From contig OY282361.1 of assembly GCA_958295645.1 (NCBI GenBank), positions 516,927-580,926 of the forward strand: a stretch of DNA of 64,000 nucleotides, in the 5' to 3' direction. Positions 1 through 9,304 of the stretch are shown piece after piece (the first letter of the stretch is position 1; each line of letters opens with the position of its first letter). The notes beneath the pieces are model-generated. The model saw nothing but the letters and a program-made list of their open reading frames with translations. It made no database searches and had not been told where the DNA came from. A program made the translations under genes and the position numbers. The DNA comes from Longimicrobiales bacterium. Lineage in GTDB: Bacteria; Gemmatimonadota; Gemmatimonadetes; Longimicrobiales; Gaopeijiaceae.

Positions 1-322
1 CGCGCTCGAGGCGATTGCGGACGACCCGGAGGGCGCGACGGAGCCTCAGGCCGAGTTGGCCGAGTACGAGGGGCTGTACGAGTCCGACTGGGGCGAGACG
101 GCGATCCTCCGCTGGGACGGCGGCTTGGCCGCGCTGAGGCTGCCCGTGGACGACCCGCTCGACGCCTTGACCGAACTCAAGCGCGACGACGGCGCCGACG
201 ACGCTTTTCGCCGCCTCCGGGAGGACGGAGAGCCCGGCGAAGCGCACGTCTTCCACCGCGGTCCCGACGGTCGCGTCGAACGCATGAGCGTCCACGGCAA
301 CTTCTCGCGCAAGATTCGATGA
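1..322 (+). CDS. 3' end of a serine hydrolase (beta-lactamase/PBP family) gene; C-terminal DUF3471-like lipocalin domain. Partial: it begins upstream of the window.
   Basis: Frame 2 is open from the window edge to TGA at 320-322. The translation ...LAEYEGLYESDWGETAILRWDGGLAALRLP...FRRLREDGEPGEAHVFHRGPDGRVERMSVHGN fits the C-terminal domain pattern of class C beta-lactamase-family proteins. The stop overlaps the next start (ATGA). Confidence 0.4.
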   Translation, partial: ALEAIADDPEGATEPQAELAEYEGLYESDWGETAILRWDGGLAALRLPVDDPLDALTELKRDDGADDAFRRLREDGEPGEAHVFHRGPDGRVERMSVHGNFSRKIR

Positions 323-1521
323 TTCGGCAAAGGGAGGACGCCCGCCCCCAAATGAAGATCCCATCGGTCTACGAAGACGGCTATGCCGAGGCTAGGCGGC
401 TCGACCCGGGTCTCGCGGACGAGTACCTGCGCCACGTGTCCGTCGGCGACCCGGTTGCCGATGCGGCCGCCGACTCCCTGGCCGACTTCGAGACGTCCCA
501 CGGCCACCGCCTCATACGAGCCGGCATGGACGGAGACGCGAAGGCGTTCGCTTCGGCCCCGGCGGCTTTGCGCGAGCTGTTCGAGCGAGCCGAGGAGACC
601 CCCTCTTGGTGGGACGCCAGGGTCGCGCACGCCGGTTGCCGCGCCTTCCACGCCAACTCGGACTTGTTCGTTCCGGCCTTCTTCGTCGTCACGTTGCGCA
701 ATGCGAGCACGCTCATTAGTCGCGCCTTCTACGCCACGGGACGCGTCAGAACCGTGCACGGTCTAAGGCGGATTCGCCAGAACACCCGGCACTTCATAGA
801 GATCATGTTGCCCGGGGCGATGGATCGCGAAGGCGACGGTTGGAAGCTTTCCGTGCGCATCCGCCTCGTGCATGCGCAGGTTCGCCGCCTGCTTCGCGAC
901 CCCGGCGATTGGGACCCGGAGGACTTCGGCGCTCCGCTCAGTGCGGCCCACATGGGGCTCGCCTCCGCCAACTTCTCGGCCTCCCTGCTTCAGGAGGCAA
1001 GCCGTCTGGGCGCCGCCCTGGACGCGGAGTCCCGCACCTCCGTCATGCAGATCTGGCGCTACGCGTCGTGGTTGTTGGGCACGCCGGAAGCGCTCCTGTT
1101 CGAGGGCGACGAGTCCGCCACGCTCGCGTTTCGCGACATTGCGGTGGCGTGCGAGCCCTCTCCCGGCGAGGAGGCGTCCGTGATCGCTCAACGGCTGGTC
1201 ATGGCCCTGCCGCTGGTCGCCGGCTTGGACGAGCCTTCCAAGCAACGGGACTTCCAGGTCCACGCCTTTCGCGTATCCAGAGCCCTCTTGGGCGACGAAA
1301 CGGCGGATCAGCTGGGCTTCCCCAAGATGTCGACGGCCGGACTGTTGCGATGGATGCGCGTCAAGCGACGGATGCACGACACGCTCCACCGGGCCGCTCC
1401 CAAGTTGGCGACCAAGTGGTGGAGCGACCAGTTCATGTTCCTCATGGACGCCGCGATGATCGACGACCTCAGCTATCGGCTTCCCGACAAGCTGAAGGCG
1501 GAGGCCGCATCGCCCTGGTAG
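319..1521 (+). CDS. MpaB/DUF2236-family putative oxygenase
   Basis: 400-aa ORF with an ATGA overlap to the upstream gene. Overall resemblance to ER-bound oxygenase MpaB/rubber-oxygenase-like DUF2236 proteins, recalled from memory and not aligned. Confidence 0.4.
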   Translation: MIRQREDARPQMKIPSVYEDGYAEARRLDPGLADEYLRHVSVGDPVADAAADSLADFETSHGHRLIRAGMDGDAKAFASAPAALRELFERAEETPSWWDARVAHAGCRAFHANSDLFVPAFFVVTLRNASTLISRAFYATGRVRTVHGLRRIRQNTRHFIEIMLPGAMDREGDGWKLSVRIRLVHAQVRRLLRDPGDWDPEDFGAPLSAAHMGLASANFSASLLQEASRLGAALDAESRTSVMQIWRYASWLLGTPEALLFEGDESATLAFRDIAVACEPSPGEEASVIAQRLVMALPLVAGLDEPSKQRDFQVHAFRVSRALLGDETADQLGFPKMSTAGLLRWMRVKRRMHDTLHRAAPKLATKWWSDQFMFLMDAAMIDDLSYRLPDKLKAEAASPW

Positions 1522-1550
1522 CGCCGTCGGCCCGCCCCGCGTTTTCCCCG

Positions 1551-2570
1551 GTGCTCGTGCTCAGCACCGGGCGGTGCGGCTCCACGATGGTGTCGAACAT
1601 GCTCAACCTGCATCCCCGGGTCCTGAGCTTGTCCGAGTTCTTCAGCTTCGTGGGGACGGGCGCAATGCGCCGCCGCAGGACCACGGGCGAGCAGATGTGG
1701 GTTTGGTACGCCCGCCAGCGACGGCGCACGAAGCTGATGTTGCGAGAGGACTTCGAGGAACTCGCCTATCCCTTCGGCGGCCCCGGCGCCCGCTACGGCC
1801 TCGACGACGTGCCTCCGATCCTGTGCAGCGCTCTTCCTCATTTGACGCCCGCCCACGACGCGCTCTTCGACGAACTGGGTCCGGTAGTGCGCGCCCGTCC
1901 CCGCCAAGCGCCGGCCCTCCACTTTCGCGACTTGTTCGAGTGGCTCTGTCGGCGGATGGAGCGCGACGTGTGGGTCGAGCGCTCGGGAGCTTCGTTGCTC
2001 TTCGGCGCTCGCCTGCTTCGCGCGTTCCCCGACGCCCGAGTCGTGCACGTGTATCGGGACGGGCGGGAAACGGCCATCTCGATGAGCCGCCACTACCTTT
2101 TCCGCATGATCCTGGCCACCATGCACGCGCTTCGCTCGCGAGGAATCGACGCCATGTCGCAGATGTCTCAGGGCCGCTTCTGGGAGTGGATCGCTCTCTG
2201 GCTGGAACCCATGGCCACCCGGTGCCTGGATCCCGCCAAGTTGCCCTACGACAAATTGACGCTGGCGGACTTCGGCGTCTTCTGGAGCGGCATGATCGAG
2301 CGCGGCCACGAATTGCTGGCCGGCCTTCCGCCGGACCGGTTGCTGAACGTGGCCTTCGAGGATCTGCGAGCGACGCCGGAACCGCACCTGCGTCGGCTGA
2401 TCCGGTTCCTGTCGCCGGAACTCGAGGACGACGATTGGGTGCGCGAGGCCTCTAGGCTCCCGCGCCCGCCGCGTGCTCGGACCCACTTCGAGCGATTGGA
2501 CGCCGCCGACCGGAAAGCGCTGGCGCAAGCCTGCCTGCCAGGGCTGGAGCGGATGGGCTATTCCTTGTGA
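1551..2570 (+). CDS. Sulfotransferase family protein
   Basis: The PAPS-binding 5'-PSB-like motif VLVLSTGRCGST lies near the N-terminus. The listed long ORF 840..2570 is only meaningful after about 1520. The start was chosen at GTG 1551; CTG 1515 is an alternative. The TGA stop overlaps the GTG start of the methyltransferase. Confidence 0.55.
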   Translation: MLVLSTGRCGSTMVSNMLNLHPRVLSLSEFFSFVGTGAMRRRRTTGEQMWVWYARQRRRTKLMLREDFEELAYPFGGPGARYGLDDVPPILCSALPHLTPAHDALFDELGPVVRARPRQAPALHFRDLFEWLCRRMERDVWVERSGASLLFGARLLRAFPDARVVHVYRDGRETAISMSRHYLFRMILATMHALRSRGIDAMSQMSQGRFWEWIALWLEPMATRCLDPAKLPYDKLTLADFGVFWSGMIERGHELLAGLPPDRLLNVAFEDLRATPEPHLRRLIRFLSPELEDDDWVREASRLPRPPRARTHFERLDAADRKALAQACLPGLERMGYSL

Positions 2571-3592
2571 CGAGCGTAGCAACTCGGCGGAGAGGTCCGC
2601 CCCGCGTGATGCCGACCGTCTTTGAGGTATGCGCCGGCGCCGGCGGAATGGCCCTGGGTCTCGAGGACGCGGGTCTCAAGCCTGTCGGCCTTGCCGAGAA
2701 CGATCGTCACGCCTGCGACACGCTTCGCCTGAATCGCGCCGGGTGGCCGGTCATCGAAGCTGACGTGCGCGAGCTGGAGCCGGGCGGCGCTTCGGACGTG
2801 GACGTCTTCGCGGGCGGCGTGCCTTGTCCGCCCTTCTCCGTGGCCGGCAGGCAGTTGGGCGCCGCCGACGACCGCGACCTCTTTCCGACAGCGGTAAGCC
2901 TGATCAAGAGGATTCGGCCCAAGGCCGTCTTCTTGGAAAACGTGCCGGGCTTCGCGTCGCGGCGGTTCCAGCCCTACAGGCGGGGGCTCGCGGCGGACCT
3001 CGACTCGATGGGATACCGCGTCGACTGGCGGGTGTTGAACGCCTGCGACTTCGGCGTTCCGCAGTTGCGGCCCAGGTTCGTGCTTGTTGCTGTTCTCGAA
3101 CGGTATGCGCCTTACTTCGCTTGGCCGGCGCCCAACGGCCGAAGAACCACGGTGGGCGAGGCTTTGGAGGACTTGATGGCGGAAAACGGCTGGCCGGGTG
3201 CTCCCCAATGGGCGAAGCGGGCCAGCCACGTGGCGCCCACGCTGGTCGGCGGATCGAAGAGGCACGGTGGGGCCGACCTGGGGCCGACTCGCGCCCGGGC
3301 AGCGTGGAAGAAGCTAGGAGTCAATGGCCTGTCGCTGGCCGAAGAGGCACCGGCGCCCGACTTCCCCGAGGACTCGCTCCCGCGCCTCACCGTTCGCATG
3401 GCGGCCCGCATCCAGGGCTTTCCCGACTCGTGGCAGTTCTGCGGAAGCAAGACGGCGGCCTACCGCCAAGTCGGCAACGCGCTTCCTCCAGCGGTCGCAA
3501 CGGCAGTCGGCCAAGCCATCGCCGACGCGCTTCGGCAGAAGGAACCGGCGGCCGGAGCGGAGCAACTGGAATTCCGGTATGGCCGCCCATGA
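2567..3592 (+). CDS. DNA (cytosine-5)-methyltransferase, the modification subunit of a type II R-M system
   Basis: Motif I FEVCAGAGGMALG, motif IV GGVPCPPFSVAG (PC dipeptide), motif VI ENV, motif X QVGNALPP. GTG start at 2567 overlaps the upstream stop. An internal ATG at 2609 (MPTVFEV) is an alternative start. Confidence 0.9.
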   Translation: MTSVATRRRGPPRVMPTVFEVCAGAGGMALGLEDAGLKPVGLAENDRHACDTLRLNRAGWPVIEADVRELEPGGASDVDVFAGGVPCPPFSVAGRQLGAADDRDLFPTAVSLIKRIRPKAVFLENVPGFASRRFQPYRRGLAADLDSMGYRVDWRVLNACDFGVPQLRPRFVLVAVLERYAPYFAWPAPNGRRTTVGEALEDLMAENGWPGAPQWAKRASHVAPTLVGGSKRHGGADLGPTRARAAWKKLGVNGLSLAEEAPAPDFPEDSLPRLTVRMAARIQGFPDSWQFCGSKTAAYRQVGNALPPAVATAVGQAIADALRQKEPAAGAEQLEFRYGRP

Positions 3593-4431
3593 CGGACGGC
3601 CTCTTGGACTTTGCCCGGAGACGGTTTCATGAGAGCCTGCGGTCAAGGCTGTGGTCGGTCCGAGACGGCATTCCAAGCAACTCGGACAGAAGCAACCAAG
3701 CCAGCGTGCACATCGGCCGAGCCTTTGCGGGTGCCGTGGGCGCAACCGCAGACTTGCCGCGCCTAGGCGGGTCGGCTGCAGGTAGCGAATTCGAGCGGTG
3801 CGTAGCTGGCTTCCTTGGCGATGCCATGGCATCCCTCGCGCACCTCCACGCGGGAGGCTTGCGCATCTTGAAGGGCTCGGCCATTTCGAACTTCGAGCAG
3901 TATGCGCACTTGAGCGCTCTTGAAGAAGTGGCCGCGGCCAACCCCGAATTGGCAGCGGCTCTGGGCAGCGACTACACGATCAAACCCGACGTCGTCGTAG
4001 TCCGGTCGCCCGAAGCCGAGGAGCGAATCAACTTGGATGGCCGGGTCGTGAGCAACGAATCGGCGCGCCTGGCTCCGTTGCGGCGGGCCAACAACCCCGA
4101 TGATCTTCTGCACGCGAGCATCTCCTGCAAGTGGACGATACGGAGCGATCGCACCCAGAACTCCCGCGCCGAAGCGCTCAATCTTCTGCGAAACCGGAAG
4201 GGACGGGCTCCCCACGTGATCGTCGTCACTGCCGAGCCGCTGCCCAGCCGCCTTGCCTCCATCGCCATGGGCACCGGAGACATCGATTGCACCTACCATG
4301 TTGCGTTGCATGAACTCGAACATGCCGTCGCAGCGTCCCGGTGGGACGACGCCAGGGAGATGCTCGGCATCATGATCAAGGGGAAGAGGTTGCGCGACAT
4401 CTCCGACCTCCCTCTTGATCTCTGCATCTGA
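3589..4431 (+). CDS. Type II restriction endonuclease, NgoMIV/Cfr10I/Bse634I family (probable GCCGGC or RCCGGY specificity)
   Basis: ATG at 3589 overlaps the methyltransferase stop (ATGA). SISCKWTIRSDRTQNSRAE carries an S-x-K...E arrangement with a 14-residue K-to-E spacing, like the catalytic S185/K187/E201 of NgoMIV. An acidic residue (IKPDVVVV) lies about 45 aa upstream. Sandwiched between a C5-methyltransferase and vsr. Confidence 0.6.
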   Translation: MTDGLLDFARRRFHESLRSRLWSVRDGIPSNSDRSNQASVHIGRAFAGAVGATADLPRLGGSAAGSEFERCVAGFLGDAMASLAHLHAGGLRILKGSAISNFEQYAHLSALEEVAAANPELAAALGSDYTIKPDVVVVRSPEAEERINLDGRVVSNESARLAPLRRANNPDDLLHASISCKWTIRSDRTQNSRAEALNLLRNRKGRAPHVIVVTAEPLPSRLASIAMGTGDIDCTYHVALHELEHAVAASRWDDAREMLGIMIKGKRLRDISDLPLDLCI

Positions 4432-4440
4432 TCCTCTGCC

Positions 4441-4938
4441 GTGGCAGAGTACAAGCCGAAGTCCCGCGAAGAGATACGGCGGAACATGTCGGCGATCCGA
4501 AGCACCGGGGGCAAGGCGGAAGTAGCCCTTCGCTCGATTCTGCACCGGCGCGGGCTTCGCTTTCGCAAGAACGACAAGAGGCTCGTCGGCAAGCCCGACA
4601 TCGTCTTCGCGGGGGCTCGGGTGGCGGTGTTCGTCGACGGCGACTACTGGCACGCCCGGGTGCTTCGGGAGCGCGGACCGGCGGCCCTCGGGGAGCGGAT
4701 CAAGACCGCGAACCGGGCCTACTGGATCGACAAGTTCACCCGGCGGGTCGCGCGGGACGACGAAGTCGCGGCGCAGCTCGGGGCCCTCGGATGGACCGTC
4801 CTGCGTCTGTGGGAATCGGACGTGCGCGGGGATCCGGAGGCCGCGGCGGACCTCGTGGAAAGGGCTGTTTCGGGCGGAAGAAAACAGCCGGGGCAGACGG
4901 CGGGGGCTCCGAGCTCCAGCACGCCGGCCGAACTCTGA
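4441..4938 (+). CDS. vsr: Very-short-patch repair endonuclease (Vsr)
   Basis: GKPDIVFAGARVAVFVDGDYWH matches the Vsr catalytic core (the FVDGCFWH region). 165 aa, directly downstream of the R-M genes. Confidence 0.85.
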   Translation: MAEYKPKSREEIRRNMSAIRSTGGKAEVALRSILHRRGLRFRKNDKRLVGKPDIVFAGARVAVFVDGDYWHARVLRERGPAALGERIKTANRAYWIDKFTRRVARDDEVAAQLGALGWTVLRLWESDVRGDPEAAADLVERAVSGGRKQPGQTAGAPSSSTPAEL

Positions 4939-4940
4939 AT

Positions 4941-4965
4941 GCCCGCGGGACGCCAAGCCGCGGGC
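4941..4965. terminator. GC-rich hairpin between convergent genes (possible bidirectional terminator, no T-tract)
   Basis: GCCCGCGG-gacgccaag-CCGCGGGC: an 8-bp perfect stem with a 9-nt loop, lying between the vsr stop (4938) and the stop of the convergent ATPase gene (4971). Confidence 0.3.
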
Positions 4966-4970
4966 CGTCG

Positions 4971-6191
4971 CTACGACGACGCGACCTCCTCCGCCATTTC
5001 CCGGAGGCCCAACGCCTCCACGCCGCCTCCCTTGGGGTAGCGGTCGTCGCCGCCGTGGACCAGGAAGGCGCGGTCGGCGGGAACGTCTTCCAATGCCGTG
5101 CGGAGTCCTCGCGAAACGGCGGGCGCGCTGCTTCGCTTGATCTCCACGGCCCACAACCGGCCGCCGGGCATCTCCAGGAGGAGGTCGATCTCGGCCCCGG
5201 TGGCCGTTCGGTAGAAGCTGGCCTGGGCTTCTTCGGGCGCCGCGCGGATCAAGGTTTCCACGGCAAAGCCCTCCCAGCTCGGGCCCGCCACGGGGTGGCC
5301 CAGCGCCTCGTCGGCGGAGCCCAAGCGCAGCAAGGCATGAACAAGGCCGCTGTCGCGGATGTAGACCTTGGGCGACTTGACCAGCCGCTTGCGGACATTG
5401 GCGTGAAACGACGGCAGGCGCCGCACCAACAGGAGATCCGCCAAGAGGTCCAAGTAGCGGGCGACCGTCTTGCCGTCCACGGCCAAGCTGCGGGCCAGCT
5501 GCGCGCCGTTCCAGAGTCCACCTTGGGAGTGGGCCAGCATGGTCCAGAAGCGGCGCAGGGTGACGGCCGGAATGCGCGGCCCCAGTTCCGGGATGTCGCG
5601 CTCCAGGTAGGTGCGTACGAAGTTCTCTCGCCAAAGTGCGCCGGCTCGCTCGTTGGGCGCCAAGAACGAGCGGGGAAAGCCGCCCCTGGCCCAAAGGTCC
5701 ATGGCTTCGCCCCGGCGCACCTCCCGGACGTCGATGGGGGCCAACTCCAAGTAGCCGATCCGGCCCGCGAGGCTCTCGCTCGTTTGCCGCAACAGATCCA
5801 TCGACGCCGAACCCAGGAGCAGAAACTGACCCGACGGCTCGCCGCGGCGAATGCGCTCGTCGACGATTCCCCGCAACACGGGGAACAACTCGGGCGTCCG
5901 ATGAATCTCGTCGAGGATCACGAGTCGGTCCCGCACGGTTTCCAGGTACCCGGCCGCGTCGGACAGCCGGTCCAGATGGGCTGGGTTTTCCAAGTCGAGG
6001 TACAGTGCCTTGCCGGATCCGCCCGGCCCGCCGTGTCCGCCGCCGCCCGGTGCGCAAAGGGCGTCCGCGATGTTGCGAGCCAGCGTTGTCTTGCCGACTT
6101 GGCGCGGACCCAGCAACGCGACGGCCGGGAAGAGACGCAGGTACTCCACTAGTCGCGTGGCCAGCAAGCGGGGCACGAATCGGCTGTTCAT
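4971..6191 (-). CDS. AAA_14/DUF4143-family ATP-binding protein
   Basis: Walker A LLGPRQVGKTTL near the N-terminus. 406 aa, with the typical architecture of AAA_14 + DUF4143 proteins. Confidence 0.8.
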   Translation of the reverse strand: MNSRFVPRLLATRLVEYLRLFPAVALLGPRQVGKTTLARNIADALCAPGGGGHGGPGGSGKALYLDLENPAHLDRLSDAAGYLETVRDRLVILDEIHRTPELFPVLRGIVDERIRRGEPSGQFLLLGSASMDLLRQTSESLAGRIGYLELAPIDVREVRRGEAMDLWARGGFPRSFLAPNERAGALWRENFVRTYLERDIPELGPRIPAVTLRRFWTMLAHSQGGLWNGAQLARSLAVDGKTVARYLDLLADLLLVRRLPSFHANVRKRLVKSPKVYIRDSGLVHALLRLGSADEALGHPVAGPSWEGFAVETLIRAAPEEAQASFYRTATGAEIDLLLEMPGGRLWAVEIKRSSAPAVSRGLRTALEDVPADRAFLVHGGDDRYPKGGGVEALGLREMAEEVASS

Positions 6192-6237
6192 CCCTGCAAT
6201 TATGGCACGGCAGTCCAGAATTGCGAAATATCCAGCC

Positions 6238-7308
6238 CTACCGAAACGCCCTCTGAATCTCCTCCAGCGTCGTCGCCCCCGGGCACAACTCTTCGAACGA
6301 GCAATGCGCCAGCGGCGCGTCAGCGGTGCCGTGAATGCCGTGGAAGTCCGTCTCGGAGCCTGGGCGGCCCGGCGGTTCCAGGTGCAGGAGTCCAGTTGCG
6401 ACCTCGCCGGCCCGCTGGCGCTCCCGGACGTAGGCGTAGACCCGGTCGCGGTCCCGGGGGTCGTAGTCCGCAGGCACCTTGCGGAACTGGATGCGACTCC
6501 CGTCGTGCATGACGACGGTGCGGGCGTCCCCGGCTTCGTAGGTGGTCTCGATTTCTTCGGCCGGGGGCACGAAGTCGGCGTGCACTAGGGCGTTCACGTG
6601 GTCCCGCGTGTACTCGTAGCTCTTTGTGGAGCCGTGGTGGTCGTTGAAGGTGACGCAGGGCGAGATCACATCCACCAAGGCGAACCCGCGATGTCGCAGC
6701 CCGGCCTTGAGAATGGGGACGAGCTGCTCCTTGTCGCCCGAGAAGCTCCGCGCCACGAAGCCCGCCCCCAGGCTAAGCGCCAGCAGCACGGGATCGATGG
6801 GATGCTCGCGGCTGACCTGTCCGCGCTTGGCTTTCGAGCCCCGGTCGGCCGAGGCCGAGAACTGCCCTTTGGTCAGGCCGTAGACGCCGTTGTTCTCCAG
6901 GACGTACAGCATGTCCACGTTGCGGCGGACGACGTGAGCGAACTGGCCCATGCCGATGGACAGGCTGTCTCCGTCGCCCGAGACGCCGATGCAGACCAGT
7001 TCCCGGTTGGCCGCGTGCGCGCCGGTGGTGATGGAAGGCATCCGGCCGTGGACCGCGTTGAAGCCGTGGGCCTCCTTGAGGAAGTACGCCGGCGTCTTGC
7101 CGCTGCAGCCGATGCCCGACGTCTTGACGACCTTGTGCGGCTCGATGTCCATCTCCCAGAAGGCTTGCACGATCGCCGCCGTGATGGAGTCGTGCCCGCA
7201 CCCCGCGCACAGAGTGGACATGCCGCCTTCGTAGTCGCGGCGCGTGAGGCCCAGCCGGTTGGTGGCGAGTCCGGGATGCCGCACCCGGGGCTTGGCGATG
7301 TGGGTCAC
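6238..7308 (-). CDS. korB: 2-oxoacid:ferredoxin oxidoreductase beta subunit (TPP-binding)
   Basis: CAGCGHDSI and GDGD...SIG...NNGVYGLTKGQ thiamine-pyrophosphate motifs. GTG start at 7308 overlaps the korA stop. Confidence 0.9.
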   Translation of the reverse strand: MTHIAKPRVRHPGLATNRLGLTRRDYEGGMSTLCAGCGHDSITAAIVQAFWEMDIEPHKVVKTSGIGCSGKTPAYFLKEAHGFNAVHGRMPSITTGAHAANRELVCIGVSGDGDSLSIGMGQFAHVVRRNVDMLYVLENNGVYGLTKGQFSASADRGSKAKRGQVSREHPIDPVLLALSLGAGFVARSFSGDKEQLVPILKAGLRHRGFALVDVISPCVTFNDHHGSTKSYEYTRDHVNALVHADFVPPAEEIETTYEAGDARTVVMHDGSRIQFRKVPADYDPRDRDRVYAYVRERQRAGEVATGLLHLEPPGRPGSETDFHGIHGTADAPLAHCSFEELCPGATTLEEIQRAFR

Positions 7309-9263
7309 GGATTCCTCTCCTCGGACGGGACGGCAGGCGTCTGCGCCGGGACCGTCTGCGTGGTCGCGGCCGCCGCTGCCGTCCGCGCCTGCAGGTAGGG
7401 CGCGAGACCCTCCATGACGTGGTGGCGGCTCATGGGGAGCCCTCCGTAGTAGCGCACGGGGATCAGGCTCTCCTTGGGCGCGGACGTCTCGGTTGCCAGG
7501 AGATTGAGCAGCTGGCCGTCTCGGTTCTGTTCGACGACGAAGTTCCTCTCGTGGCCCTGCAGGAACGCCTCGACGGAGGGGTGGAAGGGGAAGGCGCGGA
7601 TCCGCAGGAAGTCGGCCGCGACCCCAAGCCGCTCAAGCTCCTCCAGGGCCTCCAGCGCCGCGCCCCGGCAGCCGCCGACGGTGACGAGCCCGATGCGCAC
7701 CTGCTTGTTGGAAGGGCTTCCGGCGGGGTCGCCGCCCGAGCCGTCGGGGGCGATCTCGACCCGGCGTCCAGAACCGTCGCCGTCCGGGTTGCGGCCTTCG
7801 CCGGACGGCTCTTCGGCCCACGCCACTTCCGGTGCCGGGAGATGCCGTGCCGTCCCGTCGATCTTGCGGCGCAGGCGGTCCATCACGTCCGAATACGGCT
7901 CCGAGTCCTCCGTGTAGGCGCCGTACCGATCGTGGCCCGAGCCCCGGGTCACGAAGGCTCCGTTCGGATGCACGCCCGGCAGGGTGCGGTTGGGGACGCC
8001 GTCCCCGTCCACGTCCAGATAGCGATGAAAGGTTCCCGCGCCCTCCAGCTCTGCCGCCGACAGCACCTTCCCCCGGTCGGGGCGGTAGGCGTCGTCCCAG
8101 GCCAGCTTGGGCACGACCCAATCGTTCATGCCGATGTCCAGGTCGCTCAGCACGAACACCGGCGTTTGGAAGCGGTCCGCCAGGTCGAACGCCTCGACGG
8201 CGAAGTCGAAGCACTCCCGCGGATCGGACGGGAAGAGCACGACGTGCTTGGTGTCGCCGTGCGACGCGTAGGCGGCGAACTGGATGTCCGCCTGCTGAGT
8301 CCGCGTCGGCATTCCGGTGGACGGTCCCACGCGCTGCACGTCGAAGAACACCGACGGAATCTCCGCGTAGTAGGCCAGCCCGATGAACTCGCTCATCAGC
8401 GACAAGCCCGCTCCGCTCGTGGACGTGAAGGCGCGCGCGCCGGTCCAGGCGGCGCCGACGACCATTCCCGCGGCCGCCAGTTCGTCCTCCGCCTGCACGA
8501 TGGCGAAGTTGTTCTTGCCCGTGTCCGGATCCTTGCGATGCTGGTGGCAGAAGGCGGTGAAGGCGTCCACCAGCGACGTGGAAGGAGTGATGGGATACCA
8601 AGCGGCCACCGTCGCCCCGGCGTAGACGCAACCCAGCGCCGCCGCGGTGTTGCCGTCCACGAGGATGCTGTCCTCGTTGCCGTCCATGCGCTCCAAGTGC
8701 GTGGGCAGAGGACAGTCGAAGCGCTGCCGCGCGTAGTCGGCGCCCAAGTCGATGGCCAGGAAGTTGGCGTCCAGGAGCTTCGGCTTGGCCGCGAAAGTCT
8801 CCCGCAGCAGCTCCTTGACCAAGTCCAGGTCGATGTTCAGCAGCGCGGCCATGGCCCCGACGTAGCAGATGTTCTTCATGAGGATCCGCGTCCGGGCGCC
8901 CTGGAAGTTCTCCACGGTCATGCGGGCCAGCGGAATGCCCAGAAAGGCCACGTCTTCGCGGCCCAGCCCCCGCGGCAACGGCCAACTGGAGTCGTGGAGG
9001 ACCCAGCCACCGGATGCGGTCTCGGCGATGTCGCGCGCGTAGGTCGCCGGGTTCATCGCCACTACGAGGTCGAACTGGGCCGTGCGGGCGGTGTGGCCCC
9101 GGGCGTTGGCGCGGATCTCGTACCAAGTCGGCAGGCCCTGGATGTTGGACGGGAAGAGGTTCTTGCCGGACACGGGCACGCCCATGCGGAAGATGGCCCG
9201 CCGGAGCAGGCCGTTGGCGCTCGCGGAGCCCGTTCCGTTGACCGTCCCGATCTTGAAGGCCAT
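7305..9263 (-). CDS. korA: 2-oxoacid:ferredoxin oxidoreductase alpha subunit (fused alpha/gamma type)
   Basis: Starts at MAFKIGTVNGTGSASANG (ATG complement at 9261-9263). Pyruvate/2-oxoglutarate ferredoxin oxidoreductase domains follow. The listed 1260-aa ORF 7305..11087 is an artefact that extends into the antisense of the neighbouring gene. Confidence 0.85.
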   Translation of the reverse strand: MAFKIGTVNGTGSASANGLLRRAIFRMGVPVSGKNLFPSNIQGLPTWYEIRANARGHTARTAQFDLVVAMNPATYARDIAETASGGWVLHDSSWPLPRGLGREDVAFLGIPLARMTVENFQGARTRILMKNICYVGAMAALLNIDLDLVKELLRETFAAKPKLLDANFLAIDLGADYARQRFDCPLPTHLERMDGNEDSILVDGNTAAALGCVYAGATVAAWYPITPSTSLVDAFTAFCHQHRKDPDTGKNNFAIVQAEDELAAAGMVVGAAWTGARAFTSTSGAGLSLMSEFIGLAYYAEIPSVFFDVQRVGPSTGMPTRTQQADIQFAAYASHGDTKHVVLFPSDPRECFDFAVEAFDLADRFQTPVFVLSDLDIGMNDWVVPKLAWDDAYRPDRGKVLSAAELEGAGTFHRYLDVDGDGVPNRTLPGVHPNGAFVTRGSGHDRYGAYTEDSEPYSDVMDRLRRKIDGTARHLPAPEVAWAEEPSGEGRNPDGDGSGRRVEIAPDGSGGDPAGSPSNKQVRIGLVTVGGCRGAALEALEELERLGVAADFLRIRAFPFHPSVEAFLQGHERNFVVEQNRDGQLLNLLATETSAPKESLIPVRYYGGLPMSRHHVMEGLAPYLQARTAAAAATTQTVPAQTPAVPSEERNP

Positions 9264-9304
9264 GTCGTTGACCCGAGGCGCGGCCCGCTGGGCGGACGCC
9301 GCGT

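Noticed and set aside
3763-6057. Very long alternate-frame ORFs. Examples: 3763..6057 (- strand, 764 aa), 7633..9126 (-), 13388..16249 (- strand, 953 aa), 13330..16833 (+ strand, 1167 aa), 30468..32939 (- strand, 823 aa), 42242..45355 (- strand, 1037 aa), 52254..53996 (-).
   Set aside because: Their translations are Arg/Gly/Pro/Ala-rich low-complexity strings of the kind high-GC DNA produces in non-coding frames. They overlap, on the opposite strand or in a shifted frame, genes with clear family signatures.
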